From a virus (lineage: Duplodnaviria; Caudoviricetes): a stretch of DNA of 33,524 nucleotides. The position numbers and the translations under genes were made by a program. Within the stretch, counting starts at the first letter, position 1. Each line of letters starts with the position of its first letter. Shown here one piece after another: positions 9,542 to 18,257 of the stretch. Below the pieces are notes generated by a model. It searched no databases. It was given only the letters and a program-made list of their open reading frames with translations, and was not told the origin of the DNA. The stretch spans positions 1 to 33,524 of the IMG/VR virus record IMGVR_UViG_3300025267_000059, one strand, 5' to 3'.

Positions 9542-10042
9542 CTATGACACGTTGGCTTGGAATGGAGTTATCTCTGTGCCGGATGTCGTGGTAAAGCCCC
9601 GTACAGCAAACTTGCCGCTGGCATAGTCTGTGATGTCTATGCTATCCCCGATGGCCGCTCCACCAGATGTAGTGCCGTCCAGGGTGATCGTGTCGTCACT
9701 GGCTCCACTTTCCCACGCATCCGACTCTCCACTACCGTCGCCAGTCGAGACAGTGTGGATGGTTCCTTCAAACACATCGGTGGAGTTGGCAACCTGGATG
9801 CGGTGACCAGGGTTTGACAGACCGCCCCCCTGGGTATTAACTGCCGCCACAATAAACTTGTAGACGGCTCCAGAACCAGTGGCCGCAGGCAGGGTAACCG
9901 TGGACGCCGCAGCAGTGTACGACAGGGTTATAATCCTGCCAGCATGGTCGAGGGAAGTGAGAGTAAGAGACGCGCCAGTCACATCCACTGGGCCTGTTGT
10001 CCGGGCCAATACTATGTCTTGTAAAACTCTATGGGCTGTCAT
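9542..10042 (-). CDS. putative virion structural protein (beta-rich, T/G/A/S-rich)
   Basis: 166 aa with GGAG RBS. 'TVTLPAATGSG' pattern is common in phage structural proteins. Confidence 0.6.
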   Translation of the reverse strand: MTAHRVLQDIVLARTTGPVDVTGASLTLTSLDHAGRIITLSYTAAASTVTLPAATGSGAVYKFIVAAVNTQGGGLSNPGHRIQVANSTDVFEGTIHTVSTGDGSGESDAWESGASDDTITLDGTTSGGAAIGDSIDITDYASGKFAVRGFTTTSGTEITPFQANVS

Positions 10043-10126
10043 AAGTTTTTCTCCGTGTAAACTAGAGTAGTTAGTGTGTTATCGCTGCTGGCGTCTTCTT
10101 CACAGCCTATGGCAGCACATGGGGGC

Positions 10127-10501
10127 TTAGTCCTCTACGAGGAGGTATTCGAGGGTGGGGGTGCCAGAAGCGGAAATGATGTACGGGGCCGTCGCGTTGG
10201 ACCCGAAGCGGAAACAGGCGAACTCCCCAGGCTCGATTTTTATCGTGTCGTATGCCGCACCGGAGGTGGTTCGGATTTCGATGATTTCGGCGGCGGTTGT
10301 TGATCTGTTGATACCAAGAAACCAACCTGGGGTGGTGATTTTCCCCAAATCAAGGGCCGCCTCGCCTGTAGCAGCATTCTGACTCTGATGGGTGAAGTCT
10401 GATCCAGCCAGATCAACGCTGAGGCCAACCTTCGCCAACTTGGACGAGACAATGCCGTTATCGACTGACAATGAGGCAGATGCTGTGATTTCTTCGGCCA
10501 T
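10127..10501 (-). CDS. putative virion structural protein
   Basis: 124 aa, AAGGA RBS, beta-rich. Confidence 0.6.
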   Translation of the reverse strand: MAEEITASASLSVDNGIVSSKLAKVGLSVDLAGSDFTHQSQNAATGEAALDLGKITTPGWFLGINRSTTAAEIIEIRTTSGAAYDTIKIEPGEFACFRFGSNATAPYIISASGTPTLEYLLVED

Positions 10502-10522
10502 GATAACTTCCTTGTTTAGCCT

Positions 10523-12031
10523 TTAGGCGTCTGGGCTATATCCTGTATATGTAATGACGTTCAAGTCAGCGTCGTGGTAGTCGGTGTCGTATGGGGCATC
10601 GCTACCATCATAATCTCTACCAAGGGTATCTTGGGAGGCGAGTTGTCTATCAAAACTGATGCTAGACCGCAGGCACATGAGGAAGTCCGTCTCGTGGACG
10701 CTCTTGGCCTTGTCCTCAAATCGGTCTGCCGACAGCAAACAAGCCTCTAGAATGGTCTGTGCGTGGGGCTGGCCGCCCAGCGGTGACTCGCTTTCCTCCA
10801 CAATGAACTTGGGATTCGTCTCATAGCGATAGTGCAACGTGTAGTCCTGGTCGGGGACCGGGTAAAGAACCGCCTCGTATCGGGTGCCCATAATTTCGCC
10901 ATGTATCTTGGGGCGAAGGGCGAAATACCTGGACCTCCCCTTATGGTCTCCGCCCTGGCGAAGCTGCTCTAGTTGGGCTTCAGCCACCTCCTCAACATGC
11001 GGATACAAGACCGCAGTACCTGGGGCATAGTGCATCGGCCCCATCAGGGCTCCGAAGTCCTCCGGCAGATCATAGGCATACTGACCAGCCACACACTTGA
11101 ACACTGACTTTGGATACAGGAAGCTCCAGCGATGCATGTCACTCTCATTAGGCATCACCATCGGGTAGTAGAACCGGCGAAGGCCGTCCATGACAATTTG
11201 CTCATAGCGTGACTTCTCGTCGTGGCTCCACGATCCGGGGTTTGGTTTGCCATCAACATGATGACCAATCCTTCTCAGCAGGCCGGATCGAGTTAGCTCA
11301 AGGGTTTCCGGGGTACTTTCTATCGGCCAAAGGCTCGCTCCTGGGGCACCATCCGAGAACTCCTTGTCCCGGTGAATTGAGGCTGCGAGGCACTTTCGGA
11401 ACTCTGTTTCGTGATCAACTCCGCTCTGTTCGGCGTCAAGGAACTTCCTCTGGGCTACGGCCAGACAGGATTCCAAGATCGTCACAGAATGGAGGCGACT
11501 ACCGTGGGGGAAGGTGTCCGTGTCATCAATCATCCCTGGGATGATGGAATATCGGTAGCGGAGCGTGTGGGCGGCTGTCGGTTTCGGGTAGAAAATGATC
11601 TCGTAAATCTGCTCGTGCCCTTCGCTGGCAACCTTGGTGCGGATCGCACAGTAGGACGGATGGGTAGCGGTTTTGGCTTCCGTGCCACGGATAGTCCTAA
11701 GCTCTTCCTCGGTTACTAATTTCACCGGAGGCTGAGTCCCTGAATCGAAGGTAAAACCATTCGAGTACAAACCGCCAAAATCAGGAGGCAGGTCATATGT
11801 GTCTGTATCTGCCAGGATGGACAGAGTCTTACTGGGCTTAAGAAAGCTCCAAGAATACTGCTCCTGGCCCTCCATTGGGACATACCAGTAAAAGTTGGAC
11901 AGCCCGGTCACCAGAACATCACTGACGTTTCTGGATAGCTCGGGGGTCCATTGCTCCGAGTCACGGGACTGGCCGATCATCCAGCCAATCTCGCGTCTCA
12001 GGTCATCAAAACTTTTGCTTAGTGTGCCCAT
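10523..12031 (-). CDS. head-tail adaptor (T7 gp11-like) with tandemly duplicated domain
   Basis: The WSFL...YDLP.DFG.L, YP.P....TL.YRY and TILE.CL...HET.F..CL..SI..D motifs each occur twice. Confidence 0.7.
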   Translation of the reverse strand: MGTLSKSFDDLRREIGWMIGQSRDSEQWTPELSRNVSDVLVTGLSNFYWYVPMEGQEQYSWSFLKPSKTLSILADTDTYDLPPDFGGLYSNGFTFDSGTQPPVKLVTEEELRTIRGTEAKTATHPSYCAIRTKVASEGHEQIYEIIFYPKPTAAHTLRYRYSIIPGMIDDTDTFPHGSRLHSVTILESCLAVAQRKFLDAEQSGVDHETEFRKCLAASIHRDKEFSDGAPGASLWPIESTPETLELTRSGLLRRIGHHVDGKPNPGSWSHDEKSRYEQIVMDGLRRFYYPMVMPNESDMHRWSFLYPKSVFKCVAGQYAYDLPEDFGALMGPMHYAPGTAVLYPHVEEVAEAQLEQLRQGGDHKGRSRYFALRPKIHGEIMGTRYEAVLYPVPDQDYTLHYRYETNPKFIVEESESPLGGQPHAQTILEACLLSADRFEDKAKSVHETDFLMCLRSSISFDRQLASQDTLGRDYDGSDAPYDTDYHDADLNVITYTGYSPDA

Positions 12032-12033
12032 AT

Positions 12034-12339
12034 TTATAGATTTCTCTTAACAAGAAAACCCTCAACCTCGGACTTAAAGGTGCCCGCCGTTATCACCACC
12101 TCTGCCTGCATTTCCCAGTATCCCACCTCATTAAGGTCGCCTAACACCGTCGTGTATTTGATCTTTCCATCCGAACCGTCGCTGTTAAACGCGGCCCCCT
12201 TGGTGATGACTTCTCCGCTAGGCTTCTTGAAGATAATGTTCTTTGTTGACGAAGCCGAGGCTACATTCACGGCGGTCCCGCCGTCTCTGAGGGTCAGAAG
12301 GAAGATCGTGCCAATATCGCCTTTGTGTATCTCAGCCAT
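12034..12339 (-). CDS. BppU-N-like Ig-fold structural protein
   Basis: Start revised to MAEIHKGD. GD.GT.F...F.KP.G...DG.DG.I.Y...GDL...G.W pattern. Confidence 0.6.
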   Translation of the reverse strand: MAEIHKGDIGTIFLLTLRDGGTAVNVASASSTKNIIFKKPSGEVITKGAAFNSDGSDGKIKYTTVLGDLNEVGYWEMQAEVVITAGTFKSEVEGFLVKRNL

Positions 12340-12340
12340 A

Positions 12341-12682
12341 TCAGTGTCTTCCTCTATTAATGCTCTCGTCCTCAAACCCAACTATTTTGCCGCCCTTGTG
12401 AGATGCGTCCTTTCCATCTCTGTTGCCATATGTCCCTTTTTTATGGTTATACCGATTCAATTCTGCCCGGTATTTCTTCATCTTACCGGACGACTGGAAC
12501 TTCCTGTATTCATCCTTGTAGTCCCTTTTTTTGGCCCTGCGGGACCGGCGATTACTACGACGCTTGAAATGCTCCACCTGACTCAATCGTTTCATGGCCT
12601 GACCACGCGACTGGTAGCCACTGCCCAGGTTTCTCCCAGACTCACTTACCACCTTATATGAGCCCCCAGATTCACGAATCAA
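12341..12682 (-). CDS. small basic protein, C-terminal half resembles a degenerate HNH-like domain
   Basis: 113 aa, very K/R-rich. RDYK.EY...RA.LNR...GDGKD..H-type pattern. Confidence 0.5.
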   Translation of the reverse strand: MIRESGGSYKVVSESGRNLGSGYQSRGQAMKRLSQVEHFKRRSNRRSRRAKKRDYKDEYRKFQSSGKMKKYRAELNRYNHKKGTYGNRDGKDASHKGGKIVGFEDESINRGRH

Positions 12683-12861
12683 AGTCCTGCCCCCTTCTCT
12701 ACGCTCCCACTAAATGCGGCATCCGCCGAGAAGGTCCCCGTGGTCTCGGCACTTTGGTGTTTTGCGTTGCTCATACTGACATCCACATCCAGTACCTGAG
12801 TCATCTCTACACACAAGTGTACCGTCTGGGATATCGATACGTCCAAGGACAATGTAGTCAT
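12679..12861 (-). CDS. hypothetical protein
   Basis: 60-aa ORF that exactly fills the gap between neighbours with overlapping stop/start. Confidence 0.45.
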   Translation of the reverse strand: MTTLSLDVSISQTVHLCVEMTQVLDVDVSMSNAKHQSAETTGTFSADAAFSGSVEKGAGL

Positions 12862-12862
12862 C

Positions 12863-13663
12863 TTACTCTACCCCCAGAAACATCGCTGTTCTTGAGCCTT
12901 TTCCTGTCACCGCAGCGGCCACCGGCAGGTGATGGAACCGTGTCGGCTGTTTAGCGAGATCACCGTAGCCGCCGTCGCGTGTCTCATTGTAAATAGCCGC
13001 GACTTCATTGGCATTTAGTGTGCGGTTGTAGACACGAACATCGTCGATATATCCGTCCATATCTTCAGACGTATAGTCGGGACCGTTTCCGATTGTCCAG
13101 TTTCTGCTAGTACCGATTGATCCAGATAGCGTGCCTGAACTGTTTAATACGCCGTCTTGATATAAATCAATCGCGGAGCCGCCGCGCCGTGTAGCAACAA
13201 TGTGATACCATACGCCAGAATTTACCGACGACCCTGTTGTCACCGAGCCAGCGAGGTAAATTCCCCAAACGCCACTACTTGAAAGGAACCACTCTATTCC
13301 GCCACTATTTCCGGTCCCATAATTACCGGCGACATAGCACGCCGTTGACGGCGATTCTAAACGGTGAACCCATGCTGACAGCGTGAAGTCAGTGCTTCCG
13401 CTTAAGATCGGTCCTTGGGCTTGTATCTTATCTGTTGTGTTAGGAAACGCCCTGGCGCGTCTTGGTGAGCCTTGATGTATGCTGGTTCCTGTAAATACAG
13501 CGGATGCGCGTGTTCCTCCAAATAGGCTCATGTCCCTCGCATCAGGGAACGCGCCAAGCGGCCACCATGCAACCAGACCAGCAGCTTGCCAGCTAGAACG
13601 GTTCAGTTCTAACCGATCCGTATTGCGGAGTCGCTGCGGGAGTGGTGTTGCGATTACGGGCAC
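12863..13663 (-). CDS. LamG/concanavalin-A-like lectin domain protein (putative receptor binding)
   Basis: GLVAWWPL, FTLSAWV, W.HIVATR, LYQDG, G.IDDVRVYNRTL...EV..IY motifs. Confidence 0.85.
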   Translation of the reverse strand: MPVIATPLPQRLRNTDRLELNRSSWQAAGLVAWWPLGAFPDARDMSLFGGTRASAVFTGTSIHQGSPRRARAFPNTTDKIQAQGPILSGSTDFTLSAWVHRLESPSTACYVAGNYGTGNSGGIEWFLSSSGVWGIYLAGSVTTGSSVNSGVWYHIVATRRGGSAIDLYQDGVLNSSGTLSGSIGTSRNWTIGNGPDYTSEDMDGYIDDVRVYNRTLNANEVAAIYNETRDGGYGDLAKQPTRFHHLPVAAAVTGKGSRTAMFLGVE

Positions 13664-14109
13664 TATTGACTCTCAGCGGAATGGAGCCTGTATTTCAGCG
13701 TCGAACCGGAACCAAAGAACGACTGACCGAGTTCGTTCATAACTAACAATTTGAAATCAAACGGCGCAAGCGGCAGGTTGGCCACTGTCCGATAGCGAGT
13801 CGTTGTTGCTGCGTCAAACGACATCACGGTCAGCAGCGTTTCGGGGCGAGGATCAACAGAGGCCGAACCCATGTCGAAGTTGGTATCGTCCACGCTGTAC
13901 AATACGTAAATCTCTATCCGTGCATCTGCGTCCCTGGAAGATGTGGCGGCGAGATTCAATTCCAAGTTAATGAACATCTCGTTCTCGCCATCTGCGACGT
14001 TGTCCACTTTCGCACCCAGTACATTCGCACCGTCTGCCAGAGAATTGAGTTCCGTAGTTAGGTACGAAACTATACTCGCAGGGGCTTCCCATTTGGATTC
14101 TGTTGCCAT
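13663..14109 (-). CDS. putative tail/fibre-associated structural protein
   Basis: 148 aa, AGGA RBS, coupled to the LamG gene. Confidence 0.6.
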   Translation of the reverse strand: MATESKWEAPASIVSYLTTELNSLADGANVLGAKVDNVADGENEMFINLELNLAATSSRDADARIEIYVLYSVDDTNFDMGSASVDPRPETLLTVMSFDAATTTRYRTVANLPLAPFDFKLLVMNELGQSFFGSGSTLKYRLHSAESQ

Positions 14110-14121
14110 TTTGTTGTTCCT

Positions 14122-14568
14122 TTATGCTCTGGCTTTTCCGATGTACCCAGGCTTAACTCGGCCCAGGCCCAATTCCGCAGCGCGGCTGGTTGGTGTTGTA
14201 CCTAATGCCACAAGGTCGTCCCGCTCATCCAACGTAAAGACACCCGCCGTCACCAGGGCGTCAAGCATCGCGGACAGTTCGGGGTCGTGGACATTAAACG
14301 ACTCGATGTGCGGCGAGGCGATCATTATCTGTGCGGCGCGGGCCACGGAGCGGACCCCTGGAGAGGCACTGGACGCTGCGGTATCAAGCGAGGCCAGAGA
14401 ATCATGTCTCGCACACCAGCGTACAACGCTTGCCATAGGGACAGGCTGGAGGTCACTGCGATATTCCGTTTGCAGGTCGGCGGCAGCTTCCTCATCGGAC
14501 ATAGACGAATAGCCGCGATCCAACGGGTCATCCGCTAGCTCGGCTCTTAGTTTCTCGTAAGTAGGCAT
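14122..14568 (-). CDS. hypothetical phage protein (helical)
   Basis: 148 aa, AAGGGA RBS. Confidence 0.6.
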   Translation of the reverse strand: MPTYEKLRAELADDPLDRGYSSMSDEEAAADLQTEYRSDLQPVPMASVVRWCARHDSLASLDTAASSASPGVRSVARAAQIMIASPHIESFNVHDPELSAMLDALVTAGVFTLDERDDLVALGTTPTSRAAELGLGRVKPGYIGKARA

Positions 14569-14612
14569 TTTTGTTCCCTTTATTGGAGTGGCCCGCCAGC
14601 TTCAAAGTGACG

Positions 14613-15017
14613 TTACAGGCTCGCTTCGTTATATGCGTCTACATAACCGTGAACTATGATTGAGATACTTCCTCCGGTAGCCTCCCCGCAGGTATATCTC
14701 AAGTCCTCATCCTTGGCACCATAGGCTATGGGCTCTCCGTTATTGTTCACCACAGCCCCTCCCCCTTGACTGACTCCAGGGTGGTCAAACGCAATTCCGT
14801 CATTCGCCGTCAAGGCTGGCGTCGGAACGGCAGCGGTGCCGAACCCAACCTGAACCCCTACATCCACTGAATTGGCGTTGTCGGCCATTACGCGGATACT
14901 GGTGACAACAAGCCTTGAGTCACCGGGGCACGCGAATAACTCGACGTTGGCCTGGGCGGTATCAGCCTCGGCAACACGCACATGGCGAATAAAGGTGTTT
15001 TGGGCTAATTCTCTCAT
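14613..15017 (-). CDS. putative virion structural protein
   Basis: 134 aa, GGGAG RBS, beta-rich. Confidence 0.6.
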   Translation of the reverse strand: MRELAQNTFIRHVRVAEADTAQANVELFACPGDSRLVVTSIRVMADNANSVDVGVQVGFGTAAVPTPALTANDGIAFDHPGVSQGGGAVVNNNGEPIAYGAKDEDLRYTCGEATGGSISIIVHGYVDAYNEASL

Positions 15018-15080
15018 TATTTAACTCCCGTTTATGCTTTAGCTTCTTGTGAAAAGCCTTGGCCCGGCCACATGCCTCCA

Positions 15081-15257
15081 CTACGCAGTCTTGGTAATGC
15101 TGTCACCGAGAATCCAACTGGCTAGAATTACAACGACATTAGTAACAGCGTCGGCGGATAACGGCAGGCCCAGGCCCCCCGTAACCACGACGATGACGCC
15201 GGAAATGGCGACCCAGAATCGGCGGGAAAGCAGCAGTGATTTCAGTTTGTCAGACAT
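15081..15257 (-). CDS. putative holin (58 aa, 2 TM; not in ORF track)
   Basis: MSDKLKSLLLSRRFWVAISGVIVVVTGGLGLPLSADAVTNVVVILASWILGDSITKTA*. Has an SR(K/R)FW motif and two hydrophobic helices. Starts 2 nt after the upstream stop. Confidence 0.7.
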   Translation of the reverse strand: MSDKLKSLLLSRRFWVAISGVIVVVTGGLGLPLSADAVTNVVVILASWILGDSITKTA

Positions 15258-15259
15258 AA

Positions 15260-16057
15260 TTATTCCCCTGTGTTGATAATAGCCCCCAGGTCGGCCACGA
15301 TAACCTGCCCCTCAAAGTATTCGATATCGGCGTCTTCCCCCTCGGGCCGGACGACAATCTTGGTGATCTCTTGCGGTTCTTCGTCACCCTCGGCCTCATA
15401 GGCCACGCGAGTGACCCCCACGAAGGCACCCGTTTTTATCTCGCCATCCTCTTCCTCGACGTAGACATCCACTCCTTGGTTGACCGTAGACCAGTCAGGC
15501 CCACGCTCCTCGATGTCAACTTCGGGGACCGAGAGTTCTTCGTCCTCTTCAATGTCCTCATCGAGGGAGCCCTGAGCGGACTCCTCCTCATCAATCGCCT
15601 TGGCGCGGGCATCCATGTCCTCGCGATCCAGGGTGCCTGCATCGGCAAACGGTTGCTTGGTGCCGAGGCGGATAAGGTCGGGGGTGGTTCTGTTTATCTC
15701 AATAATATTGCCAGGGTTATCTTCCATCTCAACCCCGAGGGTGCCGCCTTCAACACGGCCCCAGTAGCGGCCCGGCTGCCAGTCGCCATACATTTTGACC
15801 ATGACGATGACACTGCCATCACCGGGAAACGCCGACCAGTCAACCTGCCCTTCCTCAAGCTCCAGTGGCTTGGGCGCACCCCTGAAGGGAATTCCCAGTC
15901 TTGCCACCATGTTGATTAAGTGGTCGTAGCCGAGTTCGCCTGAGACAAACATGTGTCGAACATGGATGAGGTCAACGTAGGCCGCATGGGCCTCCGGCGT
16001 GGGGTCGTTGCCGGTGATCTTGACGTAATTCTCGAAATCCGCTGGATGGAATTCCAT
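15260..16057 (-). CDS. acidic hypothetical protein
   Basis: 265 aa, AGGA RBS, E/D-rich linker between two small beta domains. Confidence 0.6.
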   Translation of the reverse strand: MEFHPADFENYVKITGNDPTPEAHAAYVDLIHVRHMFVSGELGYDHLINMVARLGIPFRGAPKPLELEEGQVDWSAFPGDGSVIVMVKMYGDWQPGRYWGRVEGGTLGVEMEDNPGNIIEINRTTPDLIRLGTKQPFADAGTLDREDMDARAKAIDEEESAQGSLDEDIEEDEELSVPEVDIEERGPDWSTVNQGVDVYVEEEDGEIKTGAFVGVTRVAYEAEGDEEPQEITKIVVRPEGEDADIEYFEGQVIVADLGAIINTGE

Positions 16058-16134
16058 TATGGTTTCCTGTTTTGAGTTGCTAGTGATTGCACCGCTGAAA
16101 TGAGCGTTAGTCGTTCATAGGCAGGCTCCTTATA

Positions 16135-16170
16135 CAAAAAAGGGGAGAGGTCTCGTCAGACCATCTCCCC
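16135..16170 (-). terminator. intrinsic terminator
   Basis: Minus-strand GGGGAGA(T)GGTCT-gacg-AGACCTCTCCCC followed by TTTTTT. Confidence 0.8.
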
Positions 16171-16215
16171 GGCGCAATTAACCGGGATCAGCGTAAACCC
16201 GGCGCAACATAATCA

Positions 16216-17067
16216 TTAAGGGATAAGCTGGGCGTAGGCCCACCAGTCGATTGTCAACGCCGAAACGGTGCCATCGGCAGTTTTAACGCCTGTAACAAAC
16301 TTCAGCATTTGGTCTGTCGGGAAGACAGAAGCCGCTTCGACGACAGCCTCAGTAACGTAAGTTGTTTGCTCTTCATTGTCCGCATACCAAGTAATACGCT
16401 TGTCTGCCGGAGCTTCGGGATCGAAAATGAATCCCAACTTGTAGTAGGTATCGGCAACCGGAACCTGAATAGGATTCATCGACTGAGTGTGTGCCGCACC
16501 CGATTTTCGGTAAACGGCATCAATCGAATTGCCATCGGCTTCCGTAATGTGGAAACCAATGTAATCATTCGTGGCGAGGGCACCACCATTTGCGATGTCA
16601 TCAGCGGCCCCCCAACCCTCTTCGGCAAGGCCGATGAACATGCTCAAGGCCGCATCTGTAATCGCGTCAACCTTAAATCTGCACTCGAAAGCAGTCAGGT
16701 AGTTGTTGGTATCGGAGATCGAACCAAAAACAGTTGATGCCGCTCCCGATGATACATAAACTTCGTCTTCGGCAGTTGCTCCAGTGGTAATGACGATTGC
16801 ACCACCTGAATCAGTGGTTGACCCCAGTATGGTGTAGTCTGAATCACCGGCTGGAACATCGTAGTTCTCGTCTGACAGAACATACGTCGGTGCGGTGGCG
16901 TCGTCTGGATGGACACTCATAAAATCGTCACCGGCCAGGACGAGACGCTTCTGGCCGTCAGATGACATGATCGTACCGGAGACTCTGCTCCAGAGACGGG
17001 GGGAAAGACCAGTCGTGTTCTGGTTAACGTGATTAGTAAACAAATTGTGCGGTAAGAAACCAAACAT
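16216..17067 (-). CDS. putative capsid decoration/minor capsid protein (jelly-roll-like)
   Basis: 283 aa directly after the major capsid gene, strong AGGAGGAG RBS, followed by a terminator. Confidence 0.55.
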   Translation of the reverse strand: MFGFLPHNLFTNHVNQNTTGLSPRLWSRVSGTIMSSDGQKRLVLAGDDFMSVHPDDATAPTYVLSDENYDVPAGDSDYTILGSTTDSGGAIVITTGATAEDEVYVSSGAASTVFGSISDTNNYLTAFECRFKVDAITDAALSMFIGLAEEGWGAADDIANGGALATNDYIGFHITEADGNSIDAVYRKSGAAHTQSMNPIQVPVADTYYKLGFIFDPEAPADKRITWYADNEEQTTYVTEAVVEAASVFPTDQMLKFVTGVKTADGTVSALTIDWWAYAQLIP

Positions 17068-17108
17068 CTAAACTCCTCCTAAAACCACGGAGTTAAAGTA
17101 AAGTAATA

Positions 17109-17131
17109 GTGGGGTCCACAACGGACCCCAC
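17109..17131 (-). terminator. hairpin after major capsid gene (weak terminator or processing site)
   Basis: gtggggtcc-acaac-ggaccccac, perfect 9-bp stem, followed by TATTACTTT on the minus strand. Confidence 0.6.
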
Positions 17132-17146
17132 CGTGTTAATCAGTTA

Positions 17147-18184
17147 TTACTTGCTGCCAACCCACATAGCGCGTCGGTTGTAACAACAATATTGCATCCA
17201 GTTATCAATATGAACTTCCCGAACCGTGTGCTGCTTTGCGGCAGGCTTCGGCTTGCTTCGGGTCATATTGGCTCCCTTTTTCACTACGGGCCGGAAATGC
17301 TTCCAGTTGATCCCGTAGAGAGGATCGTCGGTATCGTTGGATTCCAGATAGGGAACCCACTTAATCGGCACGCCACCAATAATGACACTGTTGATGTAGC
17401 GAGCCACATCAGCACCGAGATTGTCGTTGCGAGTTTCCGCAAGACGTTCCAGCGGCTCCTGCACTCGGTAGGTCGTGTAAATCTGGTGGGCGGCACTTCC
17501 ATAGCCCAGTTCCGGGTGAGGAATCGGCGGCATGAAGTTGGTAAACGCCAGAGCTTTCTTGACTTTTTTGACAAGATCGTTTGTATCCGGGGTCGCGTAT
17601 CCGAATGTCCAATTTTTCCAGCGTGGAAAATCAGCGGAACTCACACCAGCCGCCCCTGCGGTGAATCCATCCGGGTTTCCGCCGTTAAAACCACCGCCAA
17701 CCGTAGTGGTGGCGTCCTTCTTAACCCAGAAGGGGACTCCCATGGGACGGGTGTCGGAAGTTCCCGAGGGCTTGGACCAGAGATTCTCTTCGCTCAACTC
17801 CGCCATGTCGGACAGGGCGTCGTGTTCGCGAATCTGGAGTTCCTTGATGATCGTCTCGCGATCACTTTGAAAGAGGTCCTCGTAAATGTCGTAGGAGAAA
17901 TTTGTGGTCTGCATTGACCACGGGACACTGGCCGAGGTGATCACATCGTCAACCTTAGTGATGTCCTGAGCGAACATCCCCGTATTACGGGAGTTTCCGG
18001 TGTTCTTGTGCTTGATGCGGAAGTCGATAGTCTTGCCGCCCCGCTCCTGCACGTTTTTCTCGGTGATGATGCCAGACGCGACGTATTCCTGATGCTCCAA
18101 ACTCAGGTCGGTCCACTTGTGCTTCTTAAAGTGTGACAATGTCAGAGCGGCAAAGTCCTCAATTTGTTCAGGTGTCAGGGCCAT
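17147..18184 (-). CDS. major capsid protein
   Basis: 345 aa after the scaffold gene, GGAGG RBS. 'GG.TI.F' and C-terminal 'Q..C.NRR' patterns seen in podovirus-type MCPs. Confidence 0.8.
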   Translation of the reverse strand: MALTPEQIEDFAALTLSHFKKHKWTDLSLEHQEYVASGIITEKNVQERGGKTIDFRIKHKNTGNSRNTGMFAQDITKVDDVITSASVPWSMQTTNFSYDIYEDLFQSDRETIIKELQIREHDALSDMAELSEENLWSKPSGTSDTRPMGVPFWVKKDATTTVGGGFNGGNPDGFTAGAAGVSSADFPRWKNWTFGYATPDTNDLVKKVKKALAFTNFMPPIPHPELGYGSAAHQIYTTYRVQEPLERLAETRNDNLGADVARYINSVIIGGVPIKWVPYLESNDTDDPLYGINWKHFRPVVKKGANMTRSKPKPAAKQHTVREVHIDNWMQYCCYNRRAMWVGSK

Positions 18185-18257
18185 GATAAGCCTCCGTGCT
18201 TATAAAAGGAAAACTGTTACTTGTAATGTTAGCCGCCTACACGGCGGCAACGCTAGT

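Noticed and set aside
17192-17917. 241-aa plus-strand ORF
   Set aside because: Antisense to the major capsid gene
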